DNA from: Auanema rhodensis
Taxonomy: Eukaryota > Animalia > Nematoda
Direction of reading: 5' to 3'
NCBI GenBank assembly: GCA_964057225.1
Contig: OZ059897.1
Span: 1,860,001-1,924,000, forward strand
DNA length: 64,000 nucleotides
Positions within the stretch are counted from its first letter, which is position 1, and each line of letters starts with the position of its first letter. Positions 1 through 10,300 of this stretch are shown here, in pieces. Both the position numbers and the translations under genes were made by a program. The notes under the pieces were generated by a model. That model was not told the origin of the DNA and did no database searches. It saw only the letters and a program-made list of their open reading frames with translations.

Positions 1-351
1 TCCCATGTACACTTAACATTGCTTCCAAAAACATTGTGACAAAAATTTTCCCGAAAAATTTCTAAATAATTTCACAAAAAGTAGATGTTTTTAGATTCCT
101 TTTTTCAAGACGAATACGATGGACAATGTTTTTCAACGAAAAAATCATTTCTTCAGGGTGAAAATTGAGGATATAAGTGTGAACATATATCAGTTGATAT
201 CTCAGTGCATTTTTAAGCTAACTCAAATCTGATAACACAGATCGACGCAGCTTAAAAATCCGCATCGAATGCACTATACTACATTGAGAAACGCTCTATA
301 CAAAAATTAGTTATGATCGTTTGAAAAATAATGCATTAGTGTATGCTGAGT

Positions 352-703
352 TCCCATGTACACTCAACATTGCTTCCAAAAACATTTTGACAAAAATTTT
401 CCCGAAAAATTTCTGAATAATTTCACAAAAAGTGAATGTTTTTAGATTCCTTTTTTCAAGGCGAAGACGATGGACATTGTTATTCAACGAAAAAATTAAT
501 TCTTCAGGGTGAAAATCGAGGATATAAGTGTGAACCTATATCAGTTGATATCTCGGTGCATTTTTAAGCTAACTCAAATCGGATAACACAGATCGACGCA
601 GCTTAAAAATCCGCATCGAATGCATTATACTACATTGAGAAACGCTCTATACAAAAATTAGTTATGATCGTTTGAAAAAAAATTGCATTAGTGTGTGTTG
701 AGT
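352..703. repeat. 352-bp divergent monomer (+1 indel in A-tract)
   Basis: GAAAAAAAATTGC replaces consensus GAAAAATAATGC near 674-686, and the phase shifts from 352 to 704. Confidence 0.9.
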
Positions 704-1045
704 TCCCATGTACACTTAACATTGCTTCCAAAAACATTGTGACAAAAATTTTCCCGAAAAATTTCTAAATAATTTCACAAAAAGTAGATGTTTTTAGATT
801 TCTTTTTTCAAGGCAAAGACGATGGACAATGTTATTCAACGAAAAAATTAATTCTTCAGGGTGAAAATCGAGGATATAAGTGTGAACCTATATCAGTTGA
901 TATCTCGGTGCATTTTTAAGCTAGCGCAAATCTGATAACACAGATCAACGCAGCTTAAAAATCCGCATCGAATGCACTATACTACAATGAGAAACGCTCT
1001 ATACAAAAATTAGTTATGATCGTTTGAAAAATAATGCATTAGTGT

Positions 1046-1073
1046 ATGTTGAGTTCCCATGTACACTCAACAT
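1046..1073. other. 9-bp inverted repeat with 10-bp spacer; example copy
   Basis: ATGTTGAGT-tcccatgtac-ACTCAACAT. It is broken in monomers carrying the ATGCTGAGT variant. Confidence 0.8.
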
Positions 1074-1255
1074 TGCTTCCAAAAACATTTTGACAAAAAT
1101 TTTCCCGAAAAATTTCTAGATAATTTCACAAAAAGTAGATGTTTTTAGATTCCTTTTTTCAAGACAAATACGATGGACAATGTTTTTTAACGAAAAAATC
1201 ATTTCTTCAGGGTGAAAATCGAGGATATAAGTGTGAACATATATCAGTTGATATC

Positions 1256-1322
1256 TCGGTGCATTTTTAAGCTAACTCAAATCTGATAACACAGATCGAC
1301 GCAGCTTAAAAATCCGCATCGA
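1256..1322. other. Imperfect foldback present in each monomer (monomer pos 202-268); example copy
   Basis: TCGGTGC-ATTTTTAAGCT pairs with AGCTTAAAAAT-(CC)-GCATCGA. The core is an 11-bp perfect stem, with an inner ATCTG-ataaca-CAGAT stem-loop. Confidence 0.8.
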
Positions 1323-4300
1323 ATGCACTATACTACATTGAGAAACGCTCTATACAAAAATTAGTTATGATCGTTTGAAAAATAATGCATTAGTGTATGC
1401 TGAGTTCCCATGTACACTCAACATTGCTTCCAAAAACATTTTGACAAAAATTTTCCCGAAAAATTTCTAAATAATTTCACAAAAAGTAGATGTTTTTAGA
1501 TTCCTTTTTTCAAGACGAATACGATGGACAATGTTTTTCAACGAAAAAATCATTTCTTCAGGGTGAAAATCGAGGATATAAGTGTGAACTTATATCAGTT
1601 GATATCTCGGTGCATTTTTAAGCTAGCGCAAATCTGATAACACAGATCAACGCAGCTTAAAAATCCGCATCGAATGCACTATACTACAATGAGAAACGCT
1701 CTATACAAAAATTAGTTATGATCGTTTGAAAAATAATGCATTAGTGTATGTTGAGTTCCCATGTACACTCAACATTGCTTCCAAAAACATTTTGACAAAA
1801 ATTTTCCCGAAAAATTTCTAAATAATTTCACAAAAAGTAGATGTTTTTAGATTCCTTTTTTCAAGGCGAAGACGATAGACAATGTTATTCAACGAAAAAA
1901 TTAGTTCTTCAGGGTGAAAATCGAGGATATAAGTGTGAACTTATATCAGTTGATATCTCGGTGCATTTTTAAGCTAGCGCAAATCTGATAACACAGATCG
2001 ACGCAACTTAAAAATCCGCATCGAATGCACTATACTACATTGAGAAACGCTCTATACAAAAATTAGTTATGATCGTTTGAAAAATAATGCATTAGTGTAT
2101 GTTGAGTTCCCATGTACACTCAACATTGCTTCCAAAAACATTTTGACAAAAATTTTCCCGAAAAATTTCTAAATAATTTCACAAAAAGTAGATGTTTTTA
2201 GATTCCTTTTTTCAAGACGAATACGATGGACAATGTTTTTTAACGAAAAAATCATTTCTTCAGGGTGAAAATCGAGGATATAAGTGTGAACATATATCAG
2301 TTGATATCTCGGTGCATTTTTAAGTTAACTCAAATCTGATAACACAGATCAACGCAGCTTAAAAATCCGCATCGAATGCACTATACTACAATGAGAAACG
2401 CTCTATACAAAAATTAGTTATGATCGTTTGAAAAATAATGCATTAGTGTATGTTGAGTTCCCATGTACACTCAACATTGCTTCCAAAAACATTTTGACAA
2501 AAATTTTCCCGAAAAATTTCTAAATAATTTCACAAAAAGTAGATGTTTTTAGACTCCTTTTTTCAAGACGAATACGATGGACAATGTTTTTTAACGAAAA
2601 AATCATTTCTTCAGGGTGAAAATCGAGGATATAAGTGTGAACATATATCAGTTGATATCTCGGTGCATTTTTAAGCTAACTCAAATCTGATAACACAGAT
2701 CGACGCAGCTTAAAAATCCGCATCGAATGCACTATACTACATTGAGAAACGCTCTATACAAAAATTAGTTATGATCGTTTGAAAAATAATGCATTAGTGT
2801 ATGTTGAGTTCCCATGTACACTCAACATTGCTTCCAAAAACATTTTGACAAAAATTTTCCCGAAAAATGTCTAAATAATTTCACAAAAAGTAGATGTTTT
2901 TAGATTCCTTTTTTCAAGACGAATACGATGGACAATGTTTTTTAACGAAAAAATCATTTCTTCAGGGTGAAAATCGAGGATATAAGTGTGAACATATATC
3001 AGTTGATATCTCGGTGCATTTTTAAGCTAACTCAAATCTGATAACACAGATCGACGCAGCTTAAAAATCCGCATCGAATGCACTATACTACATTGAGAAA
3101 CGCTCTATACAAAAATTAGTTATGATCGTTTGAAAAATAATGCATTAGTGTATGTTGAGTTCCCATGTACACTCAACATTGCTTCCAAAAACATTTTGAC
3201 AAAAATTTTCCCGAAAAATGTCTAAATAATTTCACAAAAAGTAGATGTTTTTAGATTCCTTTTTTCAAGACGAATACGATGGACAATGTTTTTTAACGAA
3301 AAAATCATTTCTTCAGGGTGAAAATCGAGGATATAAGTGTGAACATATATCAGTTGATATCTCGGTGCATTTTTAAGCTAACTCAAATCTGATAACACAG
3401 ATCGACGCAGCTTAAAAATCCGCATCGAATGCACTATACTACATTGAGAAACGCTCTATACAAAAATTAGTTATGATCGTTTGAAAAATAATGCATTAGT
3501 GTATGTTGAGTTCCCATGTACACTCAACATTGCTTCCAAAAACATTTTGACAAAAATTTTCCCGAAAAATTTCTAAATAATTTCACAAAAAGTAGATGTT
3601 TTTAGATTCCTTTTTTCAAGACGAATACGATGGACAATGTTTTTTAACGAAAAAATCATTTCTTCAGGGTGAAAATCGAGGATATAAGTGTGAACATATA
3701 TCAGTTGATATCTCGGTGCATTTTTAAGTTAACTCAAATCTGATAACACAGATCAACGCAGCTTAAAAATCCGCATCGAATGCACTATACTACAATGAGA
3801 AACGCTCTATACAAAAATTAGTTATGATCGTTTGAAAAATAATGCATTAGTGTATGTTGAGTTCCCATGTACACTCAACATTGCTTCCAAAAACATTTTG
3901 ACAAAAATTTTCCCGAAAAATTTCTAAATAATTTCACAACAAGTAGATGTTTTTAGATTCCTTTTTTCAAGACGAATACGATGGACAATGTTTTTTAACG
4001 AAAAAATCATTTCTTCAGGGTGAAAATCGAGGATATAAGTGTGAACATATATCAGTTGATATCTCGGTGCATTTTTAAGCTAACTCAAATCTGATAACAC
4101 AGATCGACGCAGCTTAAAAATCCGCATCGAATGCACTATACTACATTGAGAAACGCTCTATACAAAAATTAGTTATGATCGTTTGAAAAATAATGCATTA
4201 GTGTATGCTGAGTTCCCATGTACACTCAACATTGCTTCCAAAAACATTTTGACAAAAATTTTCCCGAAAAATTTCTAAATAATTTCACAAAAAGTAGATG

Positions 4301-7300
4301 TTTTTAGATTCCTTTTTTCAAGACGAATACGATGGACAATGTTTTTCAACAAAAAAATCATTTCTTCAGGGTGAAAATCGAGGATATAAGTGTGAACATA
4401 TATCAGTTGATATCTCGGTGCATTTTTAAGTTAACTCAAATCTGATAACACAGATCAACGCAGCTTAAAAATCCGCATCGAATGCACTATACTACATTGA
4501 GAAACGCTTTATACAAAAATTAGTTATGATCGTATGAAAAATGATGCATTAGTGTATGTTGAGTTCCCATGTACACTCAACATTGCTTCCAAAAACATTT
4601 TGACAAAAATTTTCCCGAAAAATTTCTAAATAATTTCACAGAAAGTAGATGTTTTTAGATTCCTTTTTTCAAGACGAATACGATGGACAATGTTTTTCAA
4701 CGAAAAAATCATTTCTTCAGGGTGAAAATCGAGGATATAAGTGTGAACATATATCAGTTGATATCTCGGTGCATTTTTAAGTTAACTCAAATCTGATAAC
4801 ACAGATCAACGCAGCTTAAAAATCCGCATCGAATGCACTATACTACAATGAGAAACGCTCTATACAAAAATTAGTTATGATCGTTTGAAAAATAATGCAT
4901 TAGTGTATGTTGAGTTCCCATGTACACTCAACATTGCTTCCAAAAACATTTTGACAAAAATTTTCCCGAAAAATTTCTAAATAATTTCACAAAAAGTAGA
5001 TGTTTTTAGATTCCTTTTTTCAAGGCAAAGACGATAGACAATGTTATTCAACGAAAAAATTAGTTCTTCAGGGTGAAAATCGAGGATATAAGTGTGAACT
5101 TATATCAGTTGATATCTCGGTGCATTTTTAAGCTAGCGCAAATCTGATAACACAGATCGACGCAGCTTAAAAATCCGCATCGAATGCACTATACTACATT
5201 GAGAAACGCTCTATACAAAAATTAGTTATGATCGTTTGAAAAATAATGCATTAGTGTATGTTGAGTTCCCATGTACACTCAACATTGCTTCCAAAAACAT
5301 TTTGACAAAAATTTTCCCGAAAAATTTCTAAATAATTTCACAAAAAGTAGATGTTTTTAGATTCCTTTTTTCAAGACGAATACGATGGACAATGTTTTTT
5401 AACGAAAAAATCATTTCTTCAGGGTGAAAATCGAGGATATAAGTGTGAACATATATCAGTTGATATCTCGGTGCATTTTTAAGTTAACTCAAATCTGATA
5501 ACACAGATCAACGCAGCTTAAAAATCCGCATCGAATGCACTATACTACAATGAGAAACGCTCTATACAAAAATTAGTTATGATCGTTTGAAAAATAATGC
5601 ATTAGTGTATGTTGAGTTCCCATGTACACTCAACATTGCTTCCAAAAACATTTTGACAAAAATTTTCCCGAAAAATTTCTAAATAATTTCACAAAAAGTA
5701 GATGTTTTTAGATTCCTTTTTTCAAGACGAATACGATGGACAATGTTTTTTAACGAAAAAATCAGTTCTTCAGGGTGAAAATCGAGGATTTAAGTGTGAA
5801 CATATATCAGTTGATATCTCGGTGCATTTTTAAGCTAACTCAAATCTGATAACACAGATCGACGCAGCTTAAAAATCCGCATCGAATGCACTATACTACA
5901 TTGAGAAACGCTCTATACAAAAATTAGTTATGATCGTTTGAAAAATAATGCATTAGTGTATGCTGAGTTCCCATGTACACTCAACATTGCTTCCAAAAAC
6001 ATTTTGACAAAAATTTTCCCGAAAAATTTCTAAATAATTTCACAAAAAGTAGATGTTTTTAGATTCCTTTTTTCAAGACGAATACGATGGACAATGTTTT
6101 TCAACAAAAAAATCATTTCTTCAGGGTGAAAATCGAGGATATAAGTGTGAACATATATCAGTTGATATCTCGGTGCATTTTTAAGTTAACTCAAATCTGA
6201 TAACACAGATCAACGCAGCTTAAAAATCCGCATCGAATGCACTATACTACATTGAGAAACGCTTTATACAAAAATTAGTTATGATCGTATGAAAAATAAT
6301 GCATTAGTGTATGTTGAGTTCCCATGTACACTCAACATTGCTTCCAAAAACATTTTGACAAAAATTTTCCCGAAAAATTTCTAAATAATTTCACAAAAAG
6401 TAGATGTTTTTAGATTCCTTTTTTCAAGACGAATACGATGGACAATGTTTTTTAACGAAAAAATCATTTCTTCAGGGTGAAAATCGAGGATATAAGTGTG
6501 AACATATATCAGTTGATATCTCGGTGCATTTTTAAGCTAACTCAAATCTGATAACACAGATCGACGCAGCTTACAAATCCGCATCGAATGCACTATACTA
6601 CATTGAGAAACGCTCTATACAAAAATTAGTTATGATCGTTTGAAAAATAATGCATTAGTGTATGCTGAGTTCCCATGTACACTCAACATTGCTTCCAAAA
6701 ACATTGTGACAAAAATTTTCCCGAAAAATTTCTAAATAATTTCACAAAAAGTAGGAGTTTTTAGATTTCTTTTTTCAAGGCAAAGACGATGGACAATGTT
6801 ATTCAACGAAAAAATTAATTCTTCAGGGTGAAAATCGAGGATATAAGTGTGAACCTATATCAGTTGATTACTCGGTGCATTTTTAAGCTAGCGCAAATCT
6901 GATAACACAGATCGACGCAGCTTAAAAATCCGCATCGAATGCACTATACTACATTGAGAAACGCTCTATCCAAAAATCAGTTATGATCGTTTGAAAAATA
7001 ATGCATTAGTGTATGTTGAGTTCCCATGTACACTCAACATTGCTTCCAAAAACATTTTGACAAAAATTTTCCCGAAAAATTTCTAAATAATTTCACAAAA
7101 AGTAGATGTTTTTAGATTCCTTTTTTCAAGACGAATACGATGGACAATGTTTTTTAACGAAAAAATCATTTCTTCAGGGTGAAAATCGAGGATATAAGTG
7201 TGAACATATATCAGTTGATATCTCGGTGCATTTTTAAGCTAACTCAAATCTGATAACACAGATCGACGCAGCTTAAAAATCCGCATCGAATGCACTATAC

Positions 7301-10300
7301 TACATTGAGAAACGCTCTATACAAAAATTAGTTATGATCGTTTGAAAAATAATGCATTAGTGTATGCTGAGTTCCCATGTACACTCAACATTGCTTCCAA
7401 AAACATTTTGACAAAAATTTTCCCGAAAAATTTCTAAATAATTTCACAAAAAGTAGATGTTTTTAGATTCCTTTTTTCAAGACGAATACGATGGACAATG
7501 TTTTTCAACAAAAAAATCATTTCTTCAGGGTGAAAATCGAGGATATAAGTGTGAACATATATCAGTTGATATCTCGGTGCATTTTTAAGTTAACTCAAAT
7601 CTGATAACACAGATCGACGCAGCTTAAAAATCCGCATCGAATGCACTATACTACATTGAGAAACGCTCTATACAAAAATTAGTTATGATCGTTTGAAAAA
7701 TAATGCATTAGTGTATGCTGAGTTCCCATGTACACTCAACATTGCTTCCAAAAACATTGTGACAAAAATTTTCCCGAAAAATTTCTAAATAATTTCACAA
7801 AAAGTAGGAGTTTTTAGATTCCTTTTTTCAAGACGAATACGATGGACAATGTTATTCAACGAAAAAATTAATTCTTCAGGGTGAAAATCGAGGATATAAG
7901 TGTGAACATATATCAGTTGATATCTCGGTGCATTTTTAAGCTAACTCAAATCTGATAACACAGATCGACGCAGCTTAAAAATCCGCATCGAATGCACTAT
8001 ACTACATTGAGAAACGCTCTATACAAAAATTAGTTATGATCGTTTGAAAAATAATGCATTAGTGTATGCTGAGTTCCCATGTACACTCAACATTGCTTCC
8101 AAAAACATTGTGACAAAAATTTTCCCGAAAAATTTCTAAATAATTTCACAAAAAGTAGGAGTTTTTAGATTTCTTTTTTCAAGGCAAAGACGATGGACAA
8201 TGTTATTCAACGAAAAAATTAATTCTTCAGGGTGAAAATCGAGGATATAAGTGTGAACCTATATCAGTTGATTACTCGGTGCATTTTTAAGCTAGCGCAA
8301 ATCTGATAACACAGATCGACGCAGCTTAAAAATCCGCATCGAATGCACTATACTACATTGAGAAACGCTCTATCCAAAAATCAGTTATGATCGTTTGAAA
8401 AATAATGCATTAGTGTATGTTGAGTTCCCATGTACACTCAACATTGCTTCCAAAAACATTTTGACAAAAATTTTCCCGAAAAATTTCTAAATAATTTCAC
8501 AAAAAGTAGATGTTTTTAGATTCCTTTTTTCAAGACGAATACGATGGACAATGTTTTTTAACGAAAAAATCATTTCTTCAGGGTGAAAATCGAGGATATA
8601 AGTGTGAACATATATCAGTTGATATCTCGGTGCATTTTTAAGCTAACTCAAATCTGATAACACAGATCGACGCAGCTTAAAAATCCGCATCGAATGCACT
8701 ATACTACATTGAGAAACGCTCTATACAAAAATTAGTTATGATCGTTTGAAAAATAATGCATTAGTGTATGCTGAGTTCCCATGTACACTCAACATTGCTT
8801 CCAAAAACATTTTGACAAAAATTTTCCCGAAAAATTTCTAAATAATTTCACAAAAAGTAGATGTTTTTAGATTCCTTTTTTCAAGACGAATACGATGGAC
8901 AATGTTTTTCAACAAAAAAATCATTTCTTCAGGGTGAAAATCGAGGATATAAGTGTGAACATATATCAGTTGATATCTCGGTGCATTTTTAAGTTAACTC
9001 AAATCTGATAACACAGATCAACGCAGCTTAAAAATCCGCATTGAATGCACTATACTACATTGAGAAACGCTTTATACAAAAATTAGTTATGATCGTATGA
9101 AAAATAATGCATTAGTGTATGTTGAGTTCCCATGTACACTCAACATTGCTTCCAAAAACATTTTGACAAAAATTTTCCCGAAAAATTTCTAAATAATTTC
9201 ACAAAAAGTAGATGTTTTTAGATTCCTTTTTTCAAGACGAATACGATGGACAATGTTTTTCAACGAAAAAATCATTTCTTCAGGGTGAAAATCGAGGATA
9301 TAAGTGTGAACATATATCAGTTGATATCTCGGTGCATTTTTAAGCTAACTCAAATCTGATAACACAGATCGACGCAGCTTAAAAATCCGCATCGAATGCA
9401 CTATACTACATTGAGAAACGCTCTATACAAAAATTAGTTATGATCGTTTGAAAAATAATGCATTAGTGTATGCTGAGTTCCCATGTACACTCAACATTGC
9501 TTCCAAAAACATTGTGACAAAAATTTTCCCGAAAAATTTCTAAATAATTTCACAAAAAGTAGGAGTTTTTAGATTTCTTTTTTCAAGGCAAAAACAATGG
9601 ACAATGTTATTCATCGAAAAAATTAATTCTTCAGGGTGAAAATCGAGGATATAAGTGTGAACCTATATCAGTTGATTACTCGGTGCATTTTTAAGCTAGC
9701 GCAAATCTGATAACACAGATCAACGCAGCTTAAAAATCCGCATCGAATGCACTATACTACATTGAGAAACGCTTTATACAAAAATTAGTTATGATCGTAT
9801 GAAAAATAATGCATTAGTGTATGTTGAGTTCCCATGTACACTCAACATTGCCTCCAAAAACATTTTGACAAAAATTTTCCCGAAAAATTTCTAAATAATT
9901 TCACAGAAAGTAGATGTTTTTAGATTCCTTTTTTCAAGACGAATACGATGGACAATGTTTTTCAACGAAAAAATCATTTCTTCAGGGTGAAAATCGAGGA
10001 TATAAGTGTGAACATATATCAGTTGATATCTCGGTGCATTTTTAAGCTAACTCAAATCTGATAACACAGATCGACGCAGCTTACAAATCCGCATCGAATG
10101 CACTATACTACATTGAGAAACGCTCTATACAAAAATTAGTTATGATCGTTTGAAAAATAATGCATTAGTGTATGCTGAGTTCCCATGTACACTCAACATT
10201 GCTTCCAAAAACATTGTGACAAAAATTTTCCCGAAAAATTTCTAAATAATTTCACAAAAAGTAGGAGTTTTTAGATTTCTTTTTTCAAGGCAAAGACGAT

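Noticed and set aside
49-68. CENP-B box-like motif around TTCCCGAAAAATTTCTGAA
   Set aside because: Only the CCCG part matches. The spacing and the CGAA half of the canonical NTTCGNNNNANNCGGGN (reverse strand) do not fit.
229-300. Hammerhead ribozyme as in some transcribed satellites (CTGATAA ... GAAAC)
   Set aside because: The core requires CUGANGA. Here it is CTGATAA (plus strand) or CTGATAT (minus strand), and I could not build the three flanking helices.
1-351. Monomer as an ancient dimer of ~175-bp subunits
   Set aside because: By-eye comparison at offsets 175-176 showed no convincing similarity. A self-alignment would be needed to exclude a highly degenerate dimer.
1-351. Identity with known ~350-360-bp satellites (e.g. 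Drosophila 1.688 family) or a 5S rRNA/tRNA/snRNA tandem unit
   Set aside because: Only the length and AT richness are similar. I recognised no sequence match, cloverleaf, or 5S/snRNA motif. A database search is required for assignment.
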